DNA from: Eledone cirrhosa
Taxonomy: Eukaryota
Assembly (NCBI GenBank): GCA_964016885.1
Contig: CAXHJY010001473.1
Span: forward strand, 1-32,603
DNA length: 32,603 nt
Direction: 5' to 3'
Shown: in pieces, positions 1 to 12,027 of the stretch
Layout of the letters: each line of letters opens with the position of its first letter
Position numbering within the stretch: the first letter of the stretch is position 1
Translations under genes and position numbers: made by a program
Notes under the pieces: generated by a model
The model's input: the letters and a program-made list of their open reading frames with translations, nothing else
What the model was told of the DNA's origin: nothing
Database searches by the model: none

Positions 1-35
1 CTTTCGTCACACACTCTGTGACCTCTTCAGTGACT
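1..35 (-). ncRNA. Minimal hammerhead ribozyme motif, truncated by the window edge
   Basis: Reverse complement reads AGTCA-CTGAAGA-G-GTCACA-GAGTG-TGTGAC-GAAA-G: CUGANGA core, 6-bp stem II, GAAA. It is identical to the copy at 30367-30411 except at the free N7 position. Confidence 0.6.
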
Positions 36-42
36 GGGGATT

Positions 43-201
43 CCAACCAACCAACCAGAAATTTATAAATTTATAAATTTATAAATATATAATATATAAT
101 ATATAATATATAATATATATATAATATATAATAAATTGAAGTGAAAGCAACTGGTGCGTGTGTTTCTTATTGGCAACATGACCCTCCCAAAGTATAACAA
201 T
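43..201 (-). repeat. Repeat module (AACC)n-(ATTTATAA)n-unique ~70 nt; inverted copy of ~30195-30338
   Basis: aaattgaagtgaaagcaactggtgcgtgtgtttcttattggcaacatgaccctcccaaagtataacaat is the reverse complement of the ~30195-30262 segment with about 2 mismatches. Confidence 0.85.
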
Positions 202-894
<693 letters not shown>

Positions 895-1049
895 CATACC
901 TTTTTAAATGTCTGTCATAGTATTTTTAAATTCTATATTTTTATACAAAATTGGTCCTAGCAACTATAATGTTTATGTACTTTAATGTGTACAACCGGTG
1001 GCAAAGTTAGACAGACTATACCCTTCTAAATAACAAAAATAATTTACCT

Positions 1050-1489
1050 TCAAGCATCCAGCTTACCACTTCATTCTCCGCAACAGATCCATTAAGATAC
1101 CAATGATGTTATGCAGTTGTTACACTATTTAATTCATGAGCCATGAGTGTTGTTTGATCCTGGAGCCTTCTTGTTAGGCAGTCTTTTAATCTGCGTAATG
1201 ATGTCCTCACTACTGGTTGGAATTTTATCTTGATTGAGTACTTCTTCAATCTATCTTCGAATATCCCTGATCCACCCAGTGTTTACATAGTGATTTATAG
1301 CTGTTCCCCATGGGTTACACTTGAATATCATCGCCTCGTGTGGAGCAGGTAATAGATCATTAATACCATCGCTCGTTAGGCTTTGAAAAATCATATAGTC
1401 TGTTCTGTTGGAAGTGAAATACTATTTGTGTATATCGTCGGAGTTTTACACTCATTGCAATTAATCATTGTCTCACCTGTTTAATAACC
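1050..1489 (-). mobile_element. Decayed non-LTR retrotransposon RT fragment (R4/Dong-like)
   Basis: Minus-strand translation SSEDIITQIKRLPNKKAPGSNNTHGS*IK* resembles the KAPGxD...WIK motif at the start of non-LTR RT domains, with stops. Boundaries are approximate. Confidence 0.45.
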
Positions 1490-1701
1490 TTATGCAGGGG
1501 CGGTGGAACTGTGGGGTATGCCACCTCAACCCCCAATAATTATTTTTTCTCCCAAAAATACCAAAACACACATCTATTTGCATATGCGCTACAATTTATA
1601 CATGTTATGTAGAGACAGATGGCAGAGATAGATATAGATATATATTTCTATTTATTTGCCACCAAGGCATCAAAGATTGGGACAAATACAAAGGGGGGAG
1701 T

Positions 1702-4700
1702 TTACATACATTTAAAAAGACGTGTCCACCATACAACTTCTTTCGCCATGGCTATCACACAGAGGAAAACCGCCTCTCCTTCGTTTTTGAAAAGGGGAGG
1801 CAGTTTGATTGTGACAATGTTCTCGGTGGTCAACCGGATTGGTCCCACCCGCGACAGTAGTCGTTCTACATAGCCCCACAGGTCAGCAACGCCCGGGCAG
1901 TGTACGAATGCGCGTGCGACGGTTTCCTCGTCACGCACGCATCTTGGACAGATCTTCTTCGAGGGGCCCCAACCCGGCGCCCGTGTCTGTAGAGCTTTCC
2001 CGAACGGGTAGAGCTCCTCGGTAACATTGCCAAGCCAGGGACTTTGGGAAGTGTCCATCGGTCCCGAGCCAAAGGTCCTACCGAACAGACTGGCCAGCTC
2101 ATCTTCCTCCATGCCCAGAGCCTCTCCGAGAGCGTCGTAGCACTTAATGCGCACCAACCCTCTATAGAATGTTGAGGTTGAGTCTCCACTGATTGCCGGA
2201 TCCGCTTGCCAGAGGGCCGTGAGCGCCTGGGCACATTCAATGTGCCAGTCGCCCACTTTTCTCGGTCTTTGCTTGACCCAGGATTGCAGCTCGGTGAGTG
2301 AGACGAGTCTCGGAAAGACTCGCCTCACAAACAGGGCCCACACCGGCTGACCGGTGAGGAATACCTGGAAGTGCCGAAGCCTTAATGCGTGTCTACGCAT
2401 CGTCAGCCACGGCATTCCCAGCCCTCCGTTCGAAGGGTGTTGACAGCAGATGGATCTTCTCACCAAAGGAGCCCGCTTCTTCCAAAGAAATCGGAAGAGC
2501 GCGCGCTCCATTTTGGCGAGTGTTTTCTCTGGGCAAGGCACGACGGTCAAGCGGTAGTAGATGACGGACGTTATATAAGCGTTCGCCACCTCCGCTCGAC
2601 CTTTCAGGGATAGTTTGCACTCGGCCCACTTCTGGGCGAGTGCAAACACCTTGCCCGTTACCTCGTCCCAGTTTTTCTCCACCTGGAGGTCCGGTCCGAA
2701 CAAGACCCCGAGCAGCTTCACCGGTCCCTCCGTCCAGCGTCCGACGATGCCGTCGGAGGGCATCGTTTTTCCCCTCCACGTCCCGAGTTGCAAACCGACG
2801 GACTTGTCCCGGTTCAGCTTGGCTCCTGTGAACCTTTCATATTCCTCCAGTAAGGTGCCGATCTGCCCGATTTCCGAGGCGCACGACACCATTACTGTCA
2901 CGTCATCGGCGTAGGCCGACACCGCTTTCCGTAATCCCGGTTCCAAGGGGATGCCTTGCAACAGCTCCAGCTTCCGCAGTAGTGGCTCGAGAGCCAGCAC
3001 ATACAGGAGGGAGGAGAGAGGGCATCCCTGTCGGATGGATCGCGTGATTTGGAACGGCTCCGAGAGGTAGCCGTTCACCTTGACCCTCGAGCAGGTGTTG
3101 CTGCTGTGCATTGCAGCAATCCAGCCCCTGAAAACGGGTCCGAAGCCTGCCGCCGCGAGCACCGCATCCAGGTACCGATGGTCAACCCTATCGAACGCCT
3201 TAGATTGATCCAAGTTGATCAGGGCCCCACCAAAGCCGGGTTCGTTCCCTACCCTCTCTACGATGTATCGCATGAGGTGGAGATTGTTGTGTATGGACCT
3301 GGACGGGATTGTGCATGTCTGCGCTTCTCCCACCAGGTTCCCGACGACAAGCGCCAACCTCTTCGCTAACACCTTGGCCAAAATCTTTAACTCTGTGTTT
3401 AGCAGAGTTATGGGCCTGAAGTTATCTATGTCATCCCCCTTGTTCTCGTCCTTCCTCACCAGCGTGACTACGCCCTTGGTCACAGAACTGGGAATTCGCC
3501 CGTTCTGTTGCCAGTTGCAGTAGACCGCCTCGAGGAGACCGGAGAACAAGCCCGGCATCGCTACATAAAGTTCGTATGGTAGACCATCGAGACCCGGAGA
3601 TTTGCGTTTGCCGCATTGGCTCAGCGCTTCCCCTATTTCAGCGGCTGAACTCGGCCTCTCGTAGGACTTCGCCTCTCCGTCCGAGAGCCGCGCCAGGCCG
3701 TCGAGGTATGGACCGAAATCCATGGCCCCACCCGGCCCGCCGCCCCTCCCGAACAGTCGTGCAAAGCGCCGTTGAAAGGCCGCGCTCATCCGCTCAGGTT
3801 CAAGGATCACGCGTCCATTCCGGTCCTTCAAAGACCGAATCGTTGACTTGTTTCCACTTTTTGCCTCTGTCACTCGGGCCCAGCTAACAGCTTTGGCTCC
3901 CTCGTTACCCAGAGCACGTATTTTACTCCTGACAACGCAGCCCTCGTGCTTCGCATCAAAGAACTGGTCTAGGGCCGTTCTTGATTCCACCACACCGGCC
4001 ACGTTGCCACTCCTAATCGCCTCTTCTACTCTATTTGTTAATTCCCTTTCAGTTCTATTCCGATGCTAATTCCCGACTAAAACCTATCGATTGTATTCTA
4101 ATTTCTCTCTTGAGAGAGCCCGACCACCTGCTGTTGACAATTGCCCCCGTCAAACGCTGCTTAACTAGTGTACTAATCCGCTTACTGTAAGCTTTGTTTG
4201 TCGGTAAAGACAAGTTTAGCTTCCAGTAACCGGGTCCCTGTCTATGAGTTCTATCAAGGTTGACCACTCCGGTCACCAACTTGTGATCCGAATAGTCAAC
4301 CATGAACATTCGTGGACAGCTTAATATGTCCCTATCCTTATTTCTAACTAGGAACCTATCTAGGTACGACCTAGTTGTTCCGCTGCGATTAGTCCACGTC
4401 CACAGTGGCACAGTCGGAAAATCTAGTCGATATCTATCGGCTAGATCAAATCGGCCGATTAATCGTTTGAGGCTGTTACACCCCCCCCCTCTATCGGGAC
4501 ATGCCCCTACATAGTCCCAACGTGCATCCGGGATACCATTCCAGTCCCGCACTAAAAGCAAGGAGCGAGACGTTCCCAGGAAATTCTCCAGGCGTCGGAA
4601 GAAGTCTAGTCGCGGTGTCCCAGATGGGGCATACGCTGCCACCAGCCTGAAAGCTCCACCTTCACCACTGCCGACGTCTAAAACCACCAGTCGACCCTCC

Positions 4701-4966
4701 GGGTCCAGGTGTACCTTCTGTGTGGAAAGACCCAGGTATTTTCGAAGCAGAACGACAACCCCACCCCCACCCCTCGGCTGACAGAGAGATGCGTAAATCT
4801 CAAAGTCGTCGAAGATGGGGGCCAGTTAGCGCTCGCTGCTGATCCTGGACTCGCAAATAACCATTACAACCACTCTGTGCGACCTGAGGTCATTTAAGTG
4901 TTTGCCCTGTTTCCAGGACATCCCCAGGCCGCGTGCATTCACACATCCAACTCTTATATTGGCCAT
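1702..4966 (-). pseudogene. LINE ORF2: apurinic-type endonuclease + reverse transcriptase + C-terminal zinc motif
   Basis: ATG at 4966 gives MANIRVGCVNARGL...ICES. EN motifs YAP, RDWN, WTW, SYLDRFLV, SDH. RT motifs KSPGLDGLP, FRPITLLN, LDQSKAFDRV, IRQGCPLS, YADD. C-terminal CPRC...ETVARAFVHCP. In-frame TAA at 4826-4828 and a frame change between the 4055-4687 and 1702-4002 ORFs. Confidence 0.92.
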
Positions 4967-5003
4967 GTTGGTGCTGAAGAGTTAAAAGGAAGAGGAAAGG
5001 AAA

Positions 5004-5730
5004 TTACTTACCTCTTCGTCTCCTGGGGACCAGGCTGCACAATTTCCATGGAGTGTTGGAAGGGTTGTTTGGTGGGGTGGTGGTTTGTGGTGGTGTGAGG
5101 AGATCGGGGTGTGGTGGGATTAGGGTGTTTGGTGGAGTGTGGGTGTCTGGTGTGGGGGTGGGGAAACATCTCAATAGGACGTGGTTAAGTGGTTTGGTGC
5201 AGTTGGTCCTCACATGCATTGGATGGTTCTTTTTCAAAGTAACATAGGTTTCCGTTCGGACCCTAATCATCATTAGGTGCGGTTTGTTCGCTGCGTAGGT
5301 GAAAGTGATCCCTTCGGTTTCCACCGAAGGGTTATTTTCTATTGCTTTCATTAAAGATTTATTGTTCTTGTTAATGTGTGTATAGAGTTTTTGTTGTGTT
5401 GTGTTTGTTTTTGTTTGTTGTTCTTGTGCGTGTTTGCGTTTTGTAGTATGTGTTATGTTTTGGGGAGGGGTGGGTTTTTTCGTTTGTGATTCTTGTTCTG
5501 TTTGTGCTGGTGGTTGTGTGTTTGTAACATTTTTGTTAATGTGGTGCCTTTTTTTCCTTTTCACTTGTTGAAAGGGTTCTCCCTCGTCGTCACTGGGTGA
5601 CGTTGATACGGAGTCCTCTTCCGTGTTGTTGGGGAGGGGAATATTTGGGAGTTTTGTTGTGGTTGCTTTTGTATTTGTTTTAGGTGGGGAGGGGTTGGGT
5701 GGAACAGTGTTTTGTGTTGTTATTTTTCCG

Positions 5731-5793
<63 letters not shown>

Positions 5794-6842
5794 GGTGGTG
5801 GTGGTTGTGTTGTTGTGTTCTGGGTTGGCAGAAGAGCCTTTTTTTTTTTACTCGTTAATTGAGGACAGGTAGCCCTCAGGTGACCCCTGCTTAAGCAGTG
5901 GTAACATTACGGCCGCCTTCCCTCCACTGAAATGTTTATATAAGTTAGCCCGTCCAGAGGCACGCGTTGTGGGATATTCGCTATTCTTTCTGGGCTCATA
6001 TGCACCAGAACTTCTACGCTGGTCCCACCAAATACACCTCCGGAGGACTTTCCTATTGAAATTATCCTGTCTTCATCAAAGTCAATGAATCCACATAGTA
6101 TCCACCAAATATTTACATTTGGTGTGATACTCATTATTTTTATTCTTTGTGTCCTTTTTCCCCTGTATGTGGGGAAAAAGGTGAAGCGGGGGGACACAAT
6201 GGGTGATACCGAGTATTTTTGTGCTGTTGACTGGTTGTTCATTAGCACCGAAATGCTACCAAACAGTTTACCTTTTTGTATGAAGGTTATGTCCTTCATT
6301 GCATCTTTTAGAACCAGCTCAATTTCATTTTGTGATAATTGAGCTGGTTTTCTTGTTTCGTTCGATATTGTCCTGAAAACCACAGTTTTCAGGACAGCCT
6401 CTCTACGTAATTCCTGTGGAGAATTGATGCTAAAAGCACCGTTTTCGCCAAAAGTCACGAATTGTTTTGCCTCTTGTAGTAGTTGTTTAGCATTTGTTAT
6501 GACTATTGGCGTGTATAGTTCGTTTTTTTTTACAGTCTGTGCGAACGTTGTTTTGGTGTTGTTGTCTTTTTTGTTGCTGCTGTTGTTGTCACTGTTGGTT
6601 ATATTGTTCATGTTTTCCTTGGTGTTGCTATTGTTGCAGTTGTTGGTTGTGGTGTTATTGTCATTGTTCTTGTTGTTGGTGCTGGTATTATTTACCGGGT
6701 TTGGACTACCAAGTCTACACATTTTTGAGATGAAAATGAAAATTTCGCCCCAGAATGGGCAGAAAATTAGTTGACTCAACGTCTGAAGGCCCAGGCAAAG
6801 GGTTAAACTAAACAATGCTATTAAATTGAGCAATGAACTCAC
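5004..6842 (-). pseudogene. LINE ORF1 (gag-like nucleic-acid-binding protein with CX2CX4HX4C knuckle)
   Basis: The 311-aa ORF 5907-6842 ends EGRRP* and continues in frame as CYHCLSRGHLRATCPQ, followed by Q/T/P-rich low-complexity sequence down to the ORF2 start. Confidence 0.8.
5731..5813. repeat. (TTG)n/(CAA)n trinucleotide tract inside LINE ORF1
   Basis: About 20 consecutive TGT units followed by TGG units. Confidence 0.9.
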
Positions 6843-6909
6843 AGTTTTTTTTTTACAATAATCCGTAAAAATCCGGAGTGAAGTAATTCACGTCTATATC
6901 AAGTGGTAA

Positions 6910-7363
6910 TTGATATAGAGAGAGGGGTAGGAGAGGGTTCCGTGTAGTAGATACAGAGAGGGGGAGAGTTTGATGTTTATTCATATAGAGAGAAAGGTTG
7001 GAAGAGTGTTCCGTGTGTCACAAATAGAGATGGGGAGAGTTTGGTGTTAATTAATATGGAGAGGGGGATTGGATGAGAGTGCCTTGTAGTGGATATAGAG
7101 AGGGGGAGAATTTGGTGGTTGTAGATATACAGTGAAGGAATAATAGGAGAGTGCCGTGTAGTAGATATAGACAAGGTGAGAGTCTATAATTGATATACAG
7201 AGGTGGATTGGGAGAGATAAGTGTAGATATTTATAGAGTGAGAGAGTGTATTATTCTTAGATATAGAGAGTGGGATAAGAGAGGCGGTGTCGTGGTAGAT
7301 GTAGAGAGGGGTAGAGTTTGGTTTTAGTGGAGAGGGGGATGATTAAAAGAGAGTTTTGTGGCA
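6910..7363 (+). repeat. Purine-rich degenerate satellite (~70-bp unit with GATATAGAGAGGG subrepeats)
   Basis: Repeated GATATAGAGAGGGGGAGAGTTTGGTG / GGATTGGAAGAGAG motifs, colinear with ~26330-26774. Confidence 0.75.
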
Positions 7364-7512
7364 CTCTCGGGTCCCAAATAATAGGAGGGGTGGCAATAAT
7401 AGGAGGGGTGTAATCAGTAATTGTACAGTGCACGTTCATAAACTAAACATGGGATTTCTTGTAGTGTTTTTCTTTTGTCATATATAATGTTGTTGTTTTT
7501 AATGTGAAATAA
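7364..7512 (+). mobile_element. Truncated TA-target MITE (same family as 22196, 26775 and 31296)
   Basis: Begins CTCTCGGGTCCCAAATAATAGG and shares the internal gtacagtgcacgttc...catgggatttcttg motif. The other end is missing. Confidence 0.7.
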
Positions 7513-8389
7513 ACACACAGCTATTTGTATATGCGCTACAATTTATGTACATGTTATGTTTATCGTATTTGGAAGTTTTCTGACCATTTTAGAGTGAAAA
7601 GAGCTAATCACTAAGAAAAGAACTAATCACTACAACTAAATTGTCTAAATTTACCCCCCCCCCCCCCACACACACACACACACAAACCTAATTTAGAAAT
7701 GCTTCCACCGCCCCTGTTATGTAGACCTAGTTCTCTAAGCTGATATTTTCTGTCCAGTCTTTCTTTATCCCTTTATTTTTATTTTTCCATGTACCTCTTT
7801 GCCAATAATCTATTCTGTCTGTTGAGGTATTTATACAGTGTTTTAATATACATTTTCTATCTTTCACTTCAACTAGGGTTCCGATGATAACTGTTGCTGC
7901 TTATAGATTTCAGTTATGTACAGAACTGATATTATCTCACAAACATCATTCAGTGTTTTAGTGTCTGTCTTCAGTTTGTATCTTGAGAGTCTTTAGATAA
8001 GATACGCTGGGCATCCCAATTTATGACGAAATATCTCAGTCTATTCCGTATTTAAACCTGATTCACTACTCATATTTGAATATCCCTCTACTCCTCCAGT
8101 CGGAGCTTTGTCTTCCTCAATTAAGACTACATGTCTCGCAACTACGTCTCCTCTTAGATCTGCATTCCTTTCATGTTCTTCGTTGTCTTGACCATTTGTC
8201 AAGTTCTTTCTTCAATTCTTCCTGACCTCCTCTATTTCCACTTCTGTCTTCCCTTTCTTTGTGTTTATATGCCTAGCTTAGTTACTTAGTCATTATTTGC
8301 CTACATCAAAATATACCCATTCTTGAGCCTGATAAAACGCATTCTGACCGTATGTCCAATTTGTTTTGGTTTATCAACATAGCACTCTA

Positions 8390-9125
8390 TATCCAGATCG
8401 ACCAGCACCGCCTTGCTTGTTTTCGTGCGGCCTCCAAACCCCACAGTGGTGCCTGGCTCCATGCCCTGCCCTCCTTCTCCACTGGCACGCAGCTAGACAA
8501 CCATAGCCTGCGAATCGGCGTTTCCCTGAGGCTCGGCCTCCGGATCTGCCAGCCACACCAATGTCGCTGCGGTTCCACCGTGGACTCTTTCGGCCTCCAC
8601 CCGCTTTCCTGTCGCCACAGTGCCGGCCGCATTCCACGCCATGCTGCCCTCAACGTGGTCATTAAGCATGGCTTGGACGCTGCAGGCTTTCCTTCCCAGA
8701 TCGAGCCGGTGGGGCTGGATCGAGGGTACGGCAAAAGGCCAGATGGCATGACCATCTTCCCGTTCTGCGGTGGCAAACCCCTCGTCTGGGATGCCACTTG
8801 CACCGACACTTTCTGCAGCCGCAACCTGGTGCAGTCTGCGACTGACCCAGGTTCTGCTGCACGTCGGGCTGAGGGGGCCAAACTCCTCAAATACCGGTCG
8901 CTCTGCGACAGGTTTGCGGTCGTACCCCTGGCAGTGGAGACTTCTGGTGTCCTCGGCCCCAGGGCTACCTCCTTACTCACCACCATAGGCGCTGAGCTGG
9001 CCAGCCGCAGGTGTGAGCCCCGCAAGTGGCTTTTCCCGCGCGTATCCCTTGCCGTCCTCCGGGGAAACCCCTTCTCCATTCTGTCCGCCGGAGCTGTGGG
9101 TGGGCCCCATCGCGTACCGTTGTAG
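8390..9125 (+). mobile_element. 3' fragment of a CRE-clade non-LTR retrotransposon (Zn motif + restriction-like endonuclease)
   Basis: HSGAWLHALP...LRLGL..C.PHQCRCG...GLHPLSC...RHAALN...KRPDG...LVWDATC..., then VPLAVETSGVLG. GC-rich island in AT-rich DNA. Confidence 0.8.
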
Positions 9126-9376
9126 TTGTTGTATACAGATATTAACTCATCAATCCCATTGTCCTAATACTTAACAGAAGATACTTTTTGCTTATTGAAC
9201 AAACTGAATAATGTTCTTGATAAAAGTGTCCTATTCAGCTCGCTCCAGACAATTCTTCGTCTTTTCAGTTTATTAATATTTTAGATTACCACTCACCCCA
9301 CAACTAAATTTCTGGCCTTGTGCCAAAATTAGAAATAATTATTATTCGTATTATCATTATTATTGATTATTGACAG

Positions 9377-9596
9377 GGCAGTGGATTGGTAGAATCGTTA
9401 GAGTATCGAAAAAAATGCTTTGCGGCATTTATTCCAGATCTTTACGTCTTGAGTTTAAACCCCCGCCAAGGTCTTCTTTGCCTTTCAACCTTACGGGCTC
9501 GATAAAATAAAGCACCAGTAACGCACTGGGATCGATTTAATCGACTTTCCCCTCCCACAATTTTTGGCATTGTGCCTATATCAGAAACCATTATTT
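9377..9596 (+). mobile_element. tRNA-derived SINE (abundant octopus-type family)
   Basis: GGCAGTGGATTGGTAGAATCGTTAG head, GAGTTTAAA B-box-like motif, conserved TTTGCCTTTCA.CCTTACGGG.TCGATAAAATAAAG.ACCAG core and TTGTGCCTATA..AGAAACCATTATT tail. More than 10 related copies occur in the window. Confidence 0.8.
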
Positions 9597-9683
9597 GTAG
9601 TGACAGAAATATTCCTTTGATATAAAATAGATTTCTCTTTCTATATTCTATTATGTCTTGTTCTACAACTTGAAACAATGCAG

Positions 9684-9791
9684 TCAGATATGCGAAGGAT
9701 ATTTGAACAGACATGTAATAATATCCTACCTTATCTTGAAAATAACTTGAAGACATGCAATGGAGGAAATGAATTCTTCTGTGGAGATAAG
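9684..9791 (+). CDS. S-crystallin/sigma-GST gene A, penultimate coding exon
   Basis: tgcag|TCA...AAG|gtacgt, 108 nt, phase 0-0. Encodes SDMRRIFEQTCNNILPYLENNLKTCNGGNEFFCGDK, homologous to and the same length as 31699-31806. Confidence 0.88.
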
Positions 9792-10432
9792 GTACGTGCT
9801 GCTAAATATGAAATATCTAAAACTACTGGTGTGGTATATCATGGATACTAATTTATATATCGATTTGGGGGTTGTACTTACATGTGTTATACTATGTATG
9901 TACGTATGTACGTACGTAGGTATGTATGTATGTATGTATGTATGTTTGTATGTATGTATGTATGTATGTTGTAAATATGTATATACACATTTACATCTAT
10001 ATGTATATACATGTATACATGTGTGTATATATGTGCTGGGACATAGAAATAATCAGGCTGGATACCCGGTCGTGCGGTTAAACCACTGGGGCATTCATCT
10101 AGAAGGCGACTCAGGAAACTGGGATAACTCCGATATAAAACCTGCGGCTCAGTAGTAACCGATGATGTTGATCTTTTCTTCTTTTGGGGTTATAGCGACT
10201 GTCGCTCAGAGAGTGGGATTGACTCAGTGCACAGTCTTTCCTCACTTTAACAAAAATCTTGACGAACAAGCATTGCGTGAAGATTAACTTTGCCTTTCAT
10301 CCTTAAAAATAAAGTACCAGTAATGCAATGGATAATTGCTGGCCTTGTGCCAAAATTAGAAACAATTAATTGATAATTATTAATAATGTTATATCGTGCA
10401 ATGGCCATACTCGATGACGAGGGGACAGCCAT

Positions 10433-10469
<37 letters not shown>

Positions 10470-11354
10470 AACTTAAGAAGCATTCCGAAATTTTGAAATT
10501 TTAAATGTAACCGTCCCAACGTAAATTACTATAATAATTTATACAGACTATAAAGAATAGTTGGTGAAAATTGTTAGCGCACTTGTCCGGCATCTGAGAA
10601 ATGCAGGGTTCGATTCCTCGGGAGGGCCTCTGTCCATTTTCTCCAGTCTCCATGAGTACTTACATGATTTTATCAACTATTCTCGACGCCCGGTAACCGA
10701 GGGATGCGTGATTCGATTCCTCGCAGGCGGATCTGTTCATTTTTTGTCCCTCTCTAGAGGTACTTTACTGGATTTTTCTTAAGTTACATTTATTGTGATC
10801 ACCTATCATTATAGTTATCCACGTCGGGACGACTACATTTTCAAATTTTAGATTTCTCAAACATTTCGTAAAGCCAACCGCCAACCAGACTATATTTAGC
10901 CTGATATTTCAAGTAAAGGTTAAGTAGATATGGGCTACTATTTTCGAACAATGTGTCGCATGAGATATGGCTCATCATACTGTAGGCCGCATTACTAAAA
11001 TATTCAAAGTAATTTTTCGTTAGGCGTATCATTCAGAAAGCTAAACGTGTTACAGTTTGCACATGACTGGATTAAAGCATACTTTATGTTAATATCATAA
11101 AGATAAATTCGACCTCAACGAAATTCAAGCTCATAATGTAAAAATAATAAATGAAATAATATAAATTAGTAACGATTATCAGCTGAATATCATCCAATCG
11201 TTGTATTCAACTGAGCTAAAAGCCTTATTGTTAATAATTTTTTTCTAAATATATAAATGTATCGACAAGTTTCAGTTCAATTGATTCAAATGCAATGTTT
11301 TAATTATATACGTGTATCGCGGCTCTGCATTTGATGATTTCTTAATTTGAACGA

Positions 11355-11510
11355 AGGCGGAGAATTGTCAAAGTCATTAGAACGTCGGATAGAATTATTT
11401 GCGGTATTCATTTCTCTACTCTCTGAGTTCAAATCCCACTGAGGTCAACTTTGCCTTTCATCCATTCGAGGTCGATAAAAAAAGTACCAGTCTAGTACTG
11501 GGGTCGATTA
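11355..11510 (+). mobile_element. tRNA-derived SINE copy
   Basis: GAGTTCAAATCCCACTGAGGTCAACTTTGCCTTTCATCCATTCGAGGTCGATAAAA core. Confidence 0.75.
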
Positions 11511-11514
11511 TTCC

Positions 11515-11960
11515 TCTATATCACTTTCTCACTTCCATTCCTTCACTTTCTATCCTTCTCTGGAAGAAATACACTGTATTCAGACCTAGAGAGGATTGGG
11601 CTCGGCAAAGTTTTAAAAGGCCCTAGAAACGCCGTATGTAAATACGGCGCGCCTACGATATCCCTTATGAGTTACGGGACCATGCCAAGCATATTCAATG
11701 TAAGAGCCGGTGAATTAGTAGAGTGCTTTGCGGCTTTCCATCTGGCTCTCTATGCTCTGATTTCAGTCCAGTACTGGCTCCAGTCTTCCTCTATATCTCT
11801 TTCTCACTTCCTCTCTACCACTCTTTCTCTTCTTCTCTGGAAGAAATTGGCTGTGTTCAGACATGGCGAGGAGATGGGTTCTGCTTGGTTTAAAATGCCC
11901 ACGACACGCCCTATGTCGATACGGCACCCTTGCATCTCCATCATGAGTTATAAGTCAATA
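11515..11960 (+). repeat. Two diverged copies of a ~170-bp unclassified repeat (third copy at ~14981-15140)
   Basis: Shared tttctcacttc...cttctctggaagaaat...ctgtattcagac...gaggatgggct...tttaaaa...atgtaaatacggc at ~11520, ~11800 and ~14981. Confidence 0.65.
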
Positions 11961-12027
11961 CATATTTATATATTCAATGTAATGTTTAGAGGTTTTTTAA
12001 AGTTCTTTATATATTCTTCGTATAGCA

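Larger units (their letters stand above)
1650..6905 (-). mobile_element. Near full-length L1-clade (Tx1-like) non-LTR retrotransposon, inactivated
   Basis: ORF1 with CCHC knuckle, then ORF2 with APE endonuclease, RT and C-terminal Cys motif. AATAAA on the minus strand at ~1651-1656. Ends are approximate. Confidence 0.9.
1495..7716. mobile_element. MITE (hAT-like, 14-bp TIR, 5-bp TSD) split by a ~5.9-kb internal insertion
   Basis: TIR CAGGGGCGGTGGAA (1495-1508) and its exact reverse complement TTCCACCGCCCCTG (7703-7716). TTATG flanks both sides (1490-1494, 7717-7721). An uninterrupted relative lies at ~27698-27944. Confidence 0.8.

Noticed and set aside
1839-4069. Multiple + strand ORFs overlapping the LINE
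   Set aside because: They are shadow ORFs antisense to the GC-rich RT gene, with no recognisable motifs.
8387-9079. 230-aa minus-strand ORF
   Set aside because: It is the antisense shadow of the CRE-clade endonuclease frame.
10555-10740. tRNA-like segment with two GTTCGATTCCTCG-type B boxes
   Set aside because: No cloverleaf with a paired acceptor stem could be built. It is probably a decayed SINE head.
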